The position numbers and the translations under genes were made by a program. A stretch of DNA of 63,830 nt, filler included, from Thraustochytrium aureum (lineage: Eukaryota), in assembly GCA_012862495.1 (NCBI GenBank). It is 5 parts of 3 records of this genome, joined end to end, with 100 filler letters (N's around TTAATTAATTAA, not from the genome) between each part and the next. Parts side by side here need not be neighbours in the genome. Positions count along the whole stretch, not along the records: positions 36,018 to 59,598 come from BLSG01000034.1; 4 more parts are not named here. One strand, 5' to 3'. This document shows positions 41,386 to 53,606 of this stretch, piece by piece. How positions within the stretch are numbered: the stretch's first letter is position 1; every line of letters begins with the position of its first letter. Below the pieces are notes generated by a model. The model was not told the origin of the DNA, made no database searches, and saw nothing but the letters and a program-made list of their open reading frames with translations.

Positions 41386-44300
41386 ATGCCCGATCCGGGC
41401 GACGACGAAGGCCTCCTACAAGCCGTCACCGAGGCCTTCGATCGGGCTTACAGGCACGCTGGCCAAGAGCCGTCCGGCTCTGCGCGCGTCCTCGCAAAGC
41501 AGCTCATCATGGTGGGCGCCTCGTGCGGGAGCAGTGGCGCTTTTGCAGAGCAGGCCACCAGGTTTTGCAGCGGGTTCAACAACGAGGACCCACGGCGCCT
41601 CGACCAGCTTTACAAGGGCATTTTGCGCGCCCAGGCAGACGCGCAAAACGCCAAGAGCGACCGAGCAGATCATGACGAGGATACCGCCTTTGACCGCGCC
41701 TTTTACGATGTAGACGACGCCGCTGCCCAGGAGCCTTTCCTAGGTGACGAGGACCGCTGGCGCGAGAAAGAGGAGATGATGCGCCGTGCAGGCGAGCAAA
41801 AGCGCAAGCGACCGCTCGCTGCTCGCGTCCGCGAGGAAAACTACTCGCGCGACCAGAGCGCCTGGGAGGACACGCTCATGTTTCGGAGCGGGGTGCGCCA
41901 CGGGCGAACGTTTGATACCGACGCCCAGGCCGAGCTAGAAGAGCGCGCCCAAGTTGTCGTTCACAATATCCGCCCTGCCTTCCTGAAAGAGGGAGACAGC
42001 GTTTTCTCGCTCGATAGCGCGCCAGACAGCGCTCAAGTGGTCCGCGACGAGAAGTCGGACCTTGCGCAGGCCGCGCTGCGCGGGTCTGCAGCGGTACTCA
42101 AGCTCCGCGAGCAAAACGCGCGGACGCGGATGACGCACAAGTTCTGGGAGCTCGGTGGGAGCCGCATCGGGCAAGCCATTGGCGTCTCTGAGGCGGGAGA
42201 GCAGGGCGACTACGGCCAGACCGAGGAGGTGCGGACTGAAAAGGACCTAGTCAAGCTCGAAAGTGAACTCCGCGCCGACAAGNNNNNNNNNNNNNNNNNN
42301 NNNNNNNNNNNNNNNNNNNNNNNNNNNNNNNNNNNNNNNNNNNNNNNNNNNNNNNNNNNNNNNNNNNNNNNNNNNNNNNNNNNNNNNNNNNNNNNNNNNN
42401 NNNNNNNNNNNNNNNNNNNNNNNNNNNNNNNNNNNNNNNNNNNNNNNNNNCCGCGAAGACGGTTACACGCGAGCGGGGCAACAAGGCAAGCCTGCGATGG
42501 TGGCCTGCACGCAGCCTCGGCGGGTGGCCGCGATGAGCGTCGCCAAGCGCGTCGCCGAAGAGGTTGGCTGTCCTGTTGGGAGCCTCGTCGGGTATGCGAT
42601 TCGATTTGAAGACTGTACCTCAGCGGCCACCGAGATCAAGTACATGACCGACGGTGTACTGATGCGGGAGACTCTGAGCAGCCCAGACCTCGACAAGTAC
42701 TCGTGCGTGGTCATGGACGAGGCGCACGAGCGCTCTTTGTTCACTGACGTCCTCTTCGGAATCCTGAAAGGCGTAGTAGCGCGGCGCCTCGACTTTAAAC
42801 TCATCGTCACCTCGGCCACGATGGACGCGGACAAATTTGCTCAGTTTTTCGGGGGCGCGGCGACATTTCACATCCCTGGCCGGACCTACAAAGTAGAGAC
42901 ATACTTTGCCAAAGCGGCTGTGGCAGACTATGTAGCGGCTGCTGTCAAGCAAACCCTCGAGGTGCATCTGAGCCAGCCGCCAGGCGACATCCTCGTATTC
43001 ATGACTGGCCAAGAAGACATCACCGCAACCTGCCAGCTCTTAGCGGCGCGAATCGAGGAGCTCGGTGATGGAGTGCCCGAGCTCCTCCTACTACCCATGT
43101 ACTCGCAGCTTCCTGCAGACATGCAGGCCAAGATTTTCGAGCGCGCGCGCAACGGACAGCGCAAGTGCATCGTGTCCACCAACATCGCCGAAACCTCGCT
43201 AACTGTGGATGGCATCAAGTATGTGATCGACGCCGGGTTCTGCAAACTCAAGGTTTTCAACCCGCGCGTTGGCATGGACTCGCTTCGCGTGACGCCCGTA
43301 AGTCAGGCCAATGCGAACCAGCGTTCCGGCCGAGCTGGCCGCACCTCGGAAGGGTTTTGCTGGCGCATGTACACACAACATCAGTACTTGAGGGAGATGT
43401 TGCCGGCCCAGGTTCCAGAGATCCAGCGCACCAACTTGGGAAACGTCGTCCTTTTGCTCAAGTCCCTCGGGGTGCGCCACCTGCTCTCGTTCGACTTTAT
43501 GGACCCGCCACCAAAGGACAACATCGTCAATTCCATGTACCAGCTCTGGGTGCTCGGCGCCCTGGACGACCGCGGCGACCTGACCCCGCTTGGCCAGGCA
43601 ATGGCAAAGTACCCACTTGACCCGCCCCTCGCGAAAATGCTCATCACTGCACAAGACATCGGCTGCGCGAGCGAGATGCTTACCGTTGTTAGCATGCTCA
43701 GTGTTCCCGACGTCTTTTACCGGCCGCGGGAGCGTGCCGAGGAGAGCGACCAAGCTCGAGAGCGATTCTTCGTGCCAGAATCTGACCACCTCACACTGCT
43801 CAATGTCTACAACCTCGTCGCCAAGCACGACTTTTCGCCTGCGTGGTGCGCGAAACACTTTATTCACGTCAAGTCGCTCGTCAAGGCCCGCGATGTGCGA
43901 TCGCAGCTTGTCACGCTCGTGCGCGATGCTGATGATCAGGGTCGCGCATCGGCAACGCGCTCTCAGACCGCAAATTGGGACCTGGTTCGTCGCGCTGTCT
44001 GCTCAGCGTACTTTGTGCATGCATCCAGGCTCAAGTCGATCACAGAGTATGTCAACCTTCTCAATGGGACCCCTGCGAACCTGCACCCCAGTTCTGCAAT
44101 TTGTGGGATCGGCGAGACCCCGGACTACGTTGTGTACCACGAGCTTGTTATGACGAGCAAAGAGTACATGCGGACCGTCACAGCCATCGACCCGCATTGG
44201 CTGGCGGAGATGGGGCCGATGTTTTTCAGCATCAAGGGTTCTGCCCACACCTTGCGGAACCACGACGCAGCTGTCCGTCTTGCGGCCCTCCGTTCGTCGC

Positions 44301-44467
44301 ACGCTGGAGACGCAAGTTTGTCAACCGCTGGGGCAGAGGCCCTCACCTCGGCAGGTGCAAGACAAGTCGCGGGGCCAGACGCACCAGGCCATTCTGGCGC
44401 CGCGGGCAACCCCACGTCTGGCGCGCTGCTCGCGAAGCGAAAGGCAAAGAAGCGTCGCGGTCTTTGA
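41386..44467 (+). CDS. PRP16: Pre-mRNA splicing DEAH-box helicase PRP16/DHX38 (spans gap)
   Basis: [22 protein letters not shown] and QRSGRAGR, plus the PRP16-type N-terminal VRDEKSDLA...RGS...KFWELGG. Confidence 0.92.
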
Positions 44468-44652
44468 CGATTTATGTGCTTGACAATCCTCGTAGTTTCC
44501 TCCTGCAATAAACTGCCTCGGTACTAGCTACTTAGAGTATGTCCTTGGCGGGGCAGCCAGCGCAGCCTGCAGCATCCAACTGCGTGCGCGGCGAGCAGGG
44601 TAAGCCACACGAGAACCGGCGCGTTGCGCCCGAGGAAGCGGCAACGAGTCAA

Positions 44653-44730
44653 CCAGCGAGCCAGCGAGCCAGCCAGCCAGCCAGCGAGCCAGCCAGCGAG
44701 CCTGCCAGCGAGCCTGCCAACCAGCCAGCG
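44653..44730. repeat. (GCCA/GCGA)n low-complexity repeat, probably intronic or 5' leader
   Basis: Visible tetramer array downstream of a GTAAGC donor near 44600. Confidence 0.7.
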
Positions 44731-44861
44731 ACATTGCAAGTCGCGCCGCAACGGCGAGGCGAGTCCAGCCTCCAGCTGACCAGCAAACAGCGGCCAGACG
44801 AGTCATACAAGAGTCGCCTGACCCAGGGCACGGACGATACGGTCAAGGACGACCCTAGGCG

Positions 44862-47800
44862 ATGTGGAGCGATGAGGGACGGCCGACGGAGCGCGTGGGC
44901 GACTATGGCGAGTCGATTACCTCGAACGGCGCCATCAGCCGACTGCGACGCGGCATCCACGGTAGACGCCGTCGTCGTGCCGCGCGCCGGGGGAGCGAAA
45001 GTGAGCTAACGCGAGGCAAGCTCGGCATGGTGGAAGGTGTTCTGTTTCGCGTGCTCACCAACCTTTTCGGCGTGATCCTGTTCTTGCGGCTAGGGTGGAT
45101 GGTTGCCTATGTAGGCATCGTCGTTGCTATCTTGATCGTCATGCTCTGCTCCGGGCTGACCTTGATCACAGCGCTTTCCCTGTCTGCGATCTGCACGAAC
45201 GGCAAGGTCGCGGCAGGAGGTGCCTACTACTTGATCAGTCGAGCATTGGGCCCAGAGTTTGGCGCCAGTATCGGCATCCTCTTCTACGTCGCCACGGCAG
45301 TGAGTGTCTCCCTTTACCTGCTCGGGTTTGCAGAGACGGTGGTAAACATGGTTGATGGCCCGATCATCAACGAAACATGGGACATGACGCTCATCGCGTT
45401 CTTCGGGCTCATCTTCTGTCAAATGGTTTGCCTCGTCGGCGTGTCTTGGGTGGTCAAGATCGAAAAGGTGATGCTTTTCGTCCTCTTTGTCGCTCTTTTG
45501 CTTTTCGTGATCGGTGTTATCCGCGGCCCGCAGCTTGGTGCGCCGTGGTTTGGCCAGGTCTCAATGCAGGGCGGGATCAACCTGGGACCCGATCTTTTGG
45601 GTGCAGAGACGCCGCGGTTCCCCGGAGGTAGTTTTTCGTACCTCTATGATCGCGGCCTCGTCTCCCCCGCCAACGCAACTGGGCTCAACTCGGCCAAGGA
45701 CTGCATCACGAGCGTACAAGAGGTCAACCTCGCCGAGTATGGGCTTGTAAATGTGGGCACCACACTTGCGGTTTTCTTTCCCGCGGTAACTGGGATCCTC
45801 GCCGGGGCCAACATTAGTGGCGACCTTGCCAATCCGAGCTACGCCATTCCAATCGGAACTGTTATGGCCATCATTTTCGGTGCCGCAGTGTACATCTTCC
45901 TGGTATGCATGTTTGGCACGAGCTTTTACCGGTCCACAATTACAAAGGCCGTCTACGTGCCCGATCGGGGCCTTTTTGATTGCACGTACGGGGGCCTGTT
46001 TCACGACTCGCTCCTCATCGCAGAGGGCTCCGTTCTGCCGTCTCTCGTGTACTTTGGGATCTACGCCGCGTCGCTTTCGTCAGGCCTGGCCGCGCTCCTC
46101 GGGGCGCCGCGTATTCTCCAGGCCCTCGCCAAGGACCGTCTTTTCTCCGTGCTCGACCCGCTCGCGAAGGGCTACGGCGAGAACGACGAGCCCCTGCGCG
46201 CTTATGCGGTCACGTTTGTACTGGCCAGTTTTTGCATCTTGGCTGGCGACATCAACACCGTGGCTCCTCTCATCACAACGTTTTTCCTCTCCTCGTACGC
46301 CATGGTCAACTACGCCTGTTTCTCTGCTGAGGAGAGCAAGAGTCCTGGGTGGCGGCCCACGTTCCGCTACTTTGACAAGTGGCTCGCTTTCCTCGGCGCT
46401 CTCGGATGCGTGTCCGTGATGCTCTTCCTTTCCGCCATCTTCGGCTTCATCTCTTTCACAATCGGGCTTGCGCTGTACAAGTATGTCGAGGTCTACACGC
46501 GTGAAGGCGGTGCGCAGAGCAATTGGGGGCCCCATAAGGAAGCCGCTCAGTACCACACGGCGTTGCGCTCTGCGCTGCTCCTCGAGCAGCAGGCAGCACC
46601 TTCTGCTCCGTCCACTGCGGCCAAGGCAAAAGTGGCGCGCCGCAGCCTAGCCAAGCAGCGCCCATCGTTTCGCGCCGCGGGCCGGGCAGATTCATCAGCA
46701 TCTGAGGACCGTAAGTTTCCGCTCCGCAGTGGTTTGGCTTGTTCGCGCTTTTTCTTAAATTCTTTCGTGTGCCTCGTTGTTTGCCTACGGCGGCGTGGCG
46801 TTGGTGTGATGGTCTGCCGCCCTGCTACCGACGCGCTGTTTGATGCACTGCGCTTGCGCTCCAAGGTGTGGACTAACGAACGCGTTGCTGGTTTTCTTCT
46901 CATCCGAGTAGTATCCATTGGAGCCGTGACGCATGTCGAGATCGAGTTGGGCGGTGCACATCGCGAGGACCCGAGAGTCGGCGTCGCCGACAGCCACGTT
47001 AGCGATGACCAGTCTGACGACAATTCCGGCTACGAGGACGGCGATGGCGGGGCGGATGAGGACGATGGCGACGAGAGCGTGGTGGGCAGGGGGGCTTTTG
47101 CGGGGCACGAACTGCTCTCAGACTCTACGCACGTGAAAAACTATCGGCCGCAATGCCTCGTCCTCTCGGGGCCGCCGCGCCGGCGTCCTGCGTTAGCAGT
47201 CTTGGTCGCTGGCCTCCGCAAGGCGAGGGGCGTGACAGTCTTCGCTGACGTCCTCACAGGGGACTTGAGCGACCCTGCTCTGCTCCGAACCCGCAACGTG
47301 CGGGCCTCTGTGTCGTACGTGCAGCGCTTTGGGATCAAGGCGTTCAACGACGTCGTTATCGCCCCGTCATTTCGAACGGGTTGCCGCTCTCTGATGCAGC
47401 TCAGCGGCCTGGGGCGCCGGATGCGCGTCAACACGGTCGTCCTTGGGTTCCTTGACGACTGGCGCATCCCAGCTGGCCAGCGCGTTAACCGCGACACCGT
47501 TGACGTGGAGCCGTCTTCGAGCCCATTAGCCGACGACGCAGGCAGCGCGCGCGGCCACCCTGGCGAGAGCGGTGGCGCAGGCGACCAGTACTCGCCCCCA
47601 CCAACGGTGAAGGACTACGTTGGCGTGATTGGCGACGCCTTCGACCTTGGCCTCGGCGTGGTCGTCCTACGCGGTGAGCTCGACCTCCTCAGAAGCGAGT
47701 ATTTGACGCAGACGATTAGAACCGAGATGGACAGGGTCCTAACCCTTGGTTTCGGGTCCGCGCGCGACCGCTTCAGCTCGACAAAAGGGTCTTACCTGAA

Positions 47801-48638
47801 CGCCAATTATGCGCCTTCAGAGCACGCTCCTCAGCGCTTGCACAGCATTATGTCGACAACATCGCATGAAACAGTCGACTTTGACAATGCGCCAAGCGCG
47901 TCCTCAGTCACCGAGGCGGGCGACGGGGCCAGTGCCGGCCATTCTGCAGCGATAGCCGCCTCCCAGCACGTCGACCACCATCAAGGCGCAATGCCGAGCC
48001 TGGGCTCAGACAACGACCGCAAGAGCGAGCGCCGCATTGACGTTTGGTGGCTCGTGGACGACGGCGGCCTCACGATTGTGTTGCCCCACATTCTGCGTCA
48101 AGCCAAGTCTCCCCCGTGGATCGGCTGCACCCTCCGAGTGATGGCGATCGGCGCCACCGAAGAGGAAGCCCGCAGTGAAGAGAAGGACATGAACAAGCTG
48201 CTCTTCAAGCTGCGTATTGAGGCTCAAGTCAAGGCGGTGCCCCTAACCGCGTTCGACCAGGACGAGGGCGTTGCACGGCGTAGTTCGCGGGATTCCGACG
48301 AAGGCCTGCAAACTGTGACGCTCGATGACGGAGCCGGGCTTGGCAATCACAAATCGGAGGCGGGAGGAGGCAGTTTGCAGAAACAGCTTTTCCGAGCATA
48401 TTCGAGCATGGACGACACGCAAAACCAGGCGCGTCGGGAAACATACAACAAGGTCGGCCAGCTCATCACCACATTTTCTAACGACGCTCTGCTGGTTGTG
48501 GTTTCTCTTCCGGTCCCGCCAATGTCGCTCGAGGCTGAGGAGTACATGCACTGGTTGGACCTCCTGTCCAAGCGCTGCTCGCCTCCGGTCTTGATGGTCC
48601 GTGGCTCGCAGCGCGACGTCGTGACCATGTTTAGTTAG
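44862..48638 (+). CDS. Cation-chloride cotransporter (SLC12 family); likely intron 46711-46911; true start may be upstream (44539)
   Basis: GVILFLRLGW, GGAYYLISRALGPEFG, FFPAVTGILAGANISGDL, SPGWRPTFRY, HVKNYRPQCLVL, IDVWWLVDDGGL and VRGSQRDVVT. Confidence 0.95.
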   Translation: MWSDEGRPTERVGDYGESITSNGAISRLRRGIHGRRRRRAARRGSESELTRGKLGMVEGVLFRVLTNLFGVILFLRLGWMVAYVGIVVAILIVMLCSGLTLITALSLSAICTNGKVAAGGAYYLISRALGPEFGASIGILFYVATAVSVSLYLLGFAETVVNMVDGPIINETWDMTLIAFFGLIFCQMVCLVGVSWVVKIEKVMLFVLFVALLLFVIGVIRGPQLGAPWFGQVSMQGGINLGPDLLGAETPRFPGGSFSYLYDRGLVSPANATGLNSAKDCITSVQEVNLAEYGLVNVGTTLAVFFPAVTGILAGANISGDLANPSYAIPIGTVMAIIFGAAVYIFLVCMFGTSFYRSTITKAVYVPDRGLFDCTYGGLFHDSLLIAEGSVLPSLVYFGIYAASLSSGLAALLGAPRILQALAKDRLFSVLDPLAKGYGENDEPLRAYAVTFVLASFCILAGDINTVAPLITTFFLSSYAMVNYACFSAEESKSPGWRPTFRYFDKWLAFLGALGCVSVMLFLSAIFGFISFTIGLALYKYVEVYTREGGAQSNWGPHKEAAQYHTALRSALLLEQQAAPSAPSTAAKAKVARRSLAKQRPSFRAAGRADSSASEDRKFPLRSGLACSRFFLNSFVCLVVCLRRRGVGVMVCRPATDALFDALRLRSKVWTNERVAGFLLIRVVSIGAVTHVEIELGGAHREDPRVGVADSHVSDDQSDDNSGYEDGDGGADEDDGDESVVGRGAFAGHELLSDSTHVKNYRPQCLVLSGPPRRRPALAVLVAGLRKARGVTVFADVLTGDLSDPALLRTRNVRASVSYVQRFGIKAFNDVVIAPSFRTGCRSLMQLSGLGRRMRVNTVVLGFLDDWRIPAGQRVNRDTVDVEPSSSPLADDAGSARGHPGESGGAGDQYSPPPTVKDYVGVIGDAFDLGLGVVVLRGELDLLRSEYLTQTIRTEMDRVLTLGFGSARDRFSSTKGSYLNANYAPSEHAPQRLHSIMSTTSHETVDFDNAPSASSVTEAGDGASAGHSAAIAASQHVDHHQGAMPSLGSDNDRKSERRIDVWWLVDDGGLTIVLPHILRQAKSPPWIGCTLRVMAIGATEEEARSEEKDMNKLLFKLRIEAQVKAVPLTAFDQDEGVARRSSRDSDEGLQTVTLDDGAGLGNHKSEAGGGSLQKQLFRAYSSMDDTQNQARRETYNKVGQLITTFSNDALLVVVSLPVPPMSLEAEEYMHWLDLLSKRCSPPVLMVRGSQRDVVTMFS

Positions 48639-48993
48639 CTAACATTGCTAAATGTCAGCTTCGCTTGCGGGAGCCCCGCGTCGTTTCCCTTTGGCAGTGG
48701 TTGCGCGTGGGAGTCAGTGTCCACCGGCGTCTGGAATCGTTTTACATGCTCATGTCAGTCCGAGCCGTGCGCGCGTAAGTGCTCCAGCGAGCGTTTACAC
48801 CGTGGTTCCACGGTCTCTGTGGGACCTGGACGGCTTGCAGCCCTACGTGAGGGCGTCGTCGACCCTGGGGCCGAGCAAGCCAAGCAAAGCGGTACATTCC
48901 CAATCTCGGTTTGATTTGATTCATATATACAATCTCACAATCTCCCTCCGGTGCTCGTTCGCTCTAGCGCAGCTCGCCTGCCAGAGCTCAGCT

Positions 48994-49497
48994 CTAAAGA
49001 TATGCGCAAAGGAGCGCAAGCTTGCGCTCTTCCAAAACTCGCTCGGCGATGAAGTGCTCCAAGTACTCGAAGGGGACCTCGTTCCGGCAAGCTTGCTCGA
49101 CTATTTCGGCGACGGAGACGCCAACTGAGACGGTAGAAAACTTGCTGCGAAAGGCCTGCACTGCTTCATGGTAAACCTCGCTGGCGCGTTCGAGGTAGAG
49201 CGGCGAAGCAATGCTCATGTCGGGTTTCGGCTGGAGCGAGCTGAGGGCGAGGCCTAGTTTGTCCAAGTTTGGTTCATCCGAAACGACAACGCGTCGCGTC
49301 GCCTCGTCGACCGTCGCTGTCACACCGAGGATCTGCATCGCCTTGATGTTAATGCTCGACTGCTCGTTCAAACTCATGGTTGGAAACACAGCGTGCTGCG
49401 CAACTTTTTGCGGCTGCATTGTGGCAGAGTCCACGGAAGAGTGCCCAGGGCCGATGGCCCTACGCAGCTTGTCGCGGAGTCTGTTCCCGGACGCCAT
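48994..49497 (-). CDS. Hypothetical protein
   Basis: 167-aa ATG ORF with globular composition. Confidence 0.45.
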   Translation of the reverse strand: MASGNRLRDKLRRAIGPGHSSVDSATMQPQKVAQHAVFPTMSLNEQSSINIKAMQILGVTATVDEATRRVVVSDEPNLDKLGLALSSLQPKPDMSIASPLYLERASEVYHEAVQAFRSKFSTVSVGVSVAEIVEQACRNEVPFEYLEHFIAERVLEERKLALLCAYL

Positions 49498-50465
49498 GCA
49501 CGAGGTGATGCTGGAAGTACAGCAGCGTGCGCTCGGCTGGACGTCTTCGTGGCGCGGGATTGGTGCAGTTTAGCGAAGGGTGGTTTGTTTGTTCCGCAAG
49601 CACATTTCCCCCTGTACGCCGCGGACAGGCGTTCGGGTCTGGAGCTGACGCAGCAATGCGTGCGGGTTGCGGTTGCTCGTCTTTCTAACTGCTGGTCGCG
49701 CTGAACTCTGAGGCGAGGTGTGCTGCCCGAGGCAGGCAGCCGATGCCCGCAGCGCACGCCGAACGCAGCCGCGTGGCGGTCGAATCGAACCATCACGGCG
49801 AGCTCAAGCTGATGCCCACGCACGCGACCAAAGGGCACTTGCTACCCAGTTGGCAAAGCAGTCGCGTAAGAGCGCTCTCCTTGCCAAGCGTGTGGTATTC
49901 TGCGACGTTCCCGGCGGGCCCGTTCTTGCGCGCTTTCCGCGCTGAACATTTCGCCAAAACCAAACTCGGGCCGACGTTCCGCCAGCACCAGGCGTGGGGC
50001 CCGAAGCAGAGCTCTTGCTCTTACTACCGGCGTCTACTCCTCACACTGTAAGGTCCTGCCACTGCCGCAGAGCGAGCCGAGTTGCATTCTTCTGACGTGC
50101 GGTTCTCGGACCAGCCTGCCCAATTCGATCTTGTTGGAGCTTAGCCGAGCCCCGCAGCGGCCGTCGGCTGTTCGCTCTCCCACTTGGCAACAGCCACAGC
50201 CCGCGACGAGACACAGCCAGAAGCAAGACACGGACAGGCAAGCGCGCCACGCGACAAGAGCGCAAGGCAAGCGCGGATGCTGTGGCGCTCATCCTGATTC
50301 CCTGCCCAAAATGATCGTGTTCTTTCCGTTCTTTTTCCTTTTCTGTTCTGTTCTGTCATTCTGCTCAGCTCTCTCAGCTGAACTGCATCGAGTACTTCGC
50401 TGCTCGGCTGCTCGGCTCGGCTGCTCGGGCGCAGGGGCGGCGTGGGAGGTGGAAGGACAAGCGCT

Positions 50466-52795
50466 ATGCGCCGGGCTGGCGCCGCCGTGCTCTCGTTCGC
50501 GGTCGCAGTCGCTGCGTACTGGCGCGGCGCGCGGGAGTGCGGGTTTGCGTTCGACGACCACCTCGCAGTTCGAACCAACCCCGACGTGTCTGCGCAAGCC
50601 ACGCTCGAAGCACGACGCAGGCGGCTTGAGCCGTCGTCCTGGGATGATGGGGGTTTAGGGGACGAGGCGCCAGAGCCCGGGAGCGTTGCAGCGCTGTGGT
50701 CCAACGACTTTTGGGGCCGGCCCATGTGGTCCCCAAGCTCACACCGCAGCTATCGCCCCTTGACTGTCTTGACGTTTCGCGCGGAGGCGTGGGTTTCTGA
50801 CGGCGAGCCCGACGCGTCTCGCATGCACAGCACGAACGTGCTCTTGCACGGCCTTGCTAGCGGGATGGTCAGCTTGCTCGGAGGCACCGCACTGGAAGGC
50901 GCGTTCGCCGGCGTCTTGTTCGCCCTGCACCCGGTCCATGTCGAGGCAGTCGTCGGGGTTGTCGGACGCGCCGAGATCCTTTGCTGCATTTTCTTTTTGG
51001 CCGGCGTGCTTGTCTTGGATCCTTTCGCACCGCCCGGGGCCCCGGAGGCCCAGCCCGCCTGGCGAGCCCGGACTCTCTTCCAAGCGGCCCAGGCCGCGGC
51101 TGCGCTTTGCAAGGAAACTGGGATGACGCTTGCGGCGCTCGGCGTCGCCGTGCAGTTCGGCAAGGCCGTTGCAGACCGCCGGCTCTGCGCGCACCGGGCC
51201 TTCTTCGCTGCAGCGTCTGCGGCAACGCCTGTGATCGTCCTGACCCTGAGAAGGTACCTCTGTGGAGGGGCCGGCGGCGCGTTCGACCTCGCCGGATCCG
51301 AGCTGATCCGGCGCGCCGAAAACCCGCTTGCATTTGTTGAGCCAGGCCCGGCCAAGTTGCTCTCCATCCAGATTGTGTTACTCAAGTACGCCGAGCTGCT
51401 TGTGGTGCCAACCAGGTTGTGCGCCGAGTACGCGTTCAACTGCATTGCGATGGCATCAGATCCGCAGAGTGATTCGCGCGTGCCCGGCATCCTGCTCATG
51501 TGGTCTTGCCTGTTCGCGGTCAGCGGAGTGGCCAGCTTTTCTGTTTTTGCTCATCGCGATCTAAGTGTGGCGGTGTACACAGGGATTCTGGTCCTTTCGT
51601 TTCTGCCTGCCTCCCACCTGCTCGTTACGGTGGGCACGCTGGTCGCGGAGCGCGTGCTTTACATTCCGAGTGTTGGGTTTTGCCTTCTTGTGAGCCGTCT
51701 GCTCTTGCTGCCTTGGCGGAGTCCTGCTTGCGAGCGGCGCACTGAGCGCCCGGCGAGGCGGGGCCTGCTCTGGCGCCTCGGTGCGCTCGGGGTCTTGCTT
51801 GCCCATTATTGGACCCTTTTACGGAGGCGTGTTCCTGACTGGCGCAACGACGAGTCGATCCATCGCAGCACACTCGCAACGTGCCCCGGCTCTGCCAAAG
51901 CAAATCTTCAAGTTGCGCAGATCGAGCTCCGGGCCGGCCGCCTGAATGAGGCGCGCGAGCTTCTGGAGCGAGCAAAAGCGATCGACCCCGAGTATTGCGA
52001 CGTGGACCTGCACTTTGGCGCGCTAGCGCTCGTTGAAGGACAGACTGCGGCGGCCGACGAGTCTCTTCTGCGTGCGCTCGACTGCACGTTCACGGCGCGG
52101 CAAGCCTTGGCAACTCTGCAAAGCGTCTGGGCTGAGCGCGAGAGGAGAGCCACGCAGCTTGGCAGCGTGGACGCCAGCGTCAAACTTCACCATGGGATCG
52201 TGTATAGCAAGGCAGGTCGGCGAGCCGACGCCGTCGCTGCGTTCCAGGCGTCGTTGGTGCAGGCCGCCGAGGCTGGGGACGTGCCAACCGCCATGCAGGC
52301 CTATTCGAGCGTACTCAGTCTGGAAAATACCACGCTGGGCGAGCCTACGAAGGAAGTCTGCGTCGCGGCTTATTTTGCAGCGCAGGCGATGGCTTCTCCT
52401 GCAGTGCTCGCCAGACGGGCACAGCTTGCGGGGAGGCGGTTGACCAGCTAGATCAAGATGCTGCTGCTCTGCTGCGAATCGCAACGCGCTGTGAGGCGAG
52501 CATCGCTGGCGCCGTCTCGAGCCTTGCTTATGTTTTGGACAGGATGTCGGCGCGCCGGCCGCGAGACGCGTCGCTCGCAGAGGAGCTTGGAGACGTGGTT
52601 TCGCTGGCACTTGAGCGAAAGCTCTCCCAGGACGCTACCGTGCTGGCCTCTTACGCGCAAGCTGCACTGGCGGCGTGGACAAGGTGCGCTGCGCTGGCCC
52701 ATTCGTCTGGGGAGGCGGTGCGCGCTCGTCGCTGCCTCGAGCGGGCCACCAACGTCGAGCAGCGAGCGAGTTTTACTGCAGATCCACCAGCCTGA
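50466..52795 (+). CDS. TMTC: TMTC-family protein O-mannosyltransferase (DUF1736 + TPR); main ORF ends at 52451, probable extra exon to 52795
   Basis: FDD..A...N, NDFWG..M...SHRSYRPLTVLTFR, HPVHVEAV..VVGRAE, KETG, VAERVLYIPSVG and TPR-like helices. Confidence 0.9.
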
Positions 52796-53606
52796 CGTCT
52801 TGGCGACTCAACTCGGGACTGGGCAGCCTGACGTCTTGGCAGAAGCCGCGTGCTGAAGAGACCCTAGACCTGTCCCGACCAGCACGAGCCTGTCCCGACC
52901 AGCACGAGTTCCAAGTTGATGATGTTACTAGTACCTAGGACAAAAAGTCCGTTGACGTTGGTCGTCCGCGGATCGAAAGAGTTGCACCAAGCACACCCTT
53001 GACGAAACAGAAGAAGAAAACCAGAGCAGACGATGCCTGGGAGCCCCAGCCATCCGTGGCCTCAACCAACCACGAAGGGAAGAAAGGCGCCTCGCCGGGG
53101 CGCATTCTGTCACCTGACAGACTCAGCTGCGTTTTGCGCAGAGTTCGGCCTCTTCGCTTGTTCGCTGCTGAAACTGTCAGAGCCTGTTGACTGATGGCTC
53201 ATCAGGTGTCGCTGACCTGCCCGTCCAGCCACTGGCAGGCGTTTGTCGGCTGACTCGGAAGCGGTCTTTTCTACTGAAAGGGTGCCAATCGCTTGGCGCA
53301 GCATCGACTCCGATGTTCGGTTGCGCTCGGTTTCTGTCGCCTTTCTGTGGAAGCACACCGCACACAACTTTCGCTACACGAGTTGACACTCCACTGCCTA
53401 CCTACCTACCTGCACCTCTGCACAAGACAAACACCTTTCAGACACGAGGCGAGAGCCGAGAGCTGAGTCGCCACGATCGAGGCAGCCACAGGCTGCGAGG
53501 CGGGCGTTGGCCAGACTCTTCAAGGAGCAAGGCGAGCCGGCTGCGTCCGCCTGAGCGCGAGAAAGGAAAGCCCCGTGGAGGCCGCCTGCGTGCGCTCAGG
53601 CGGGAG

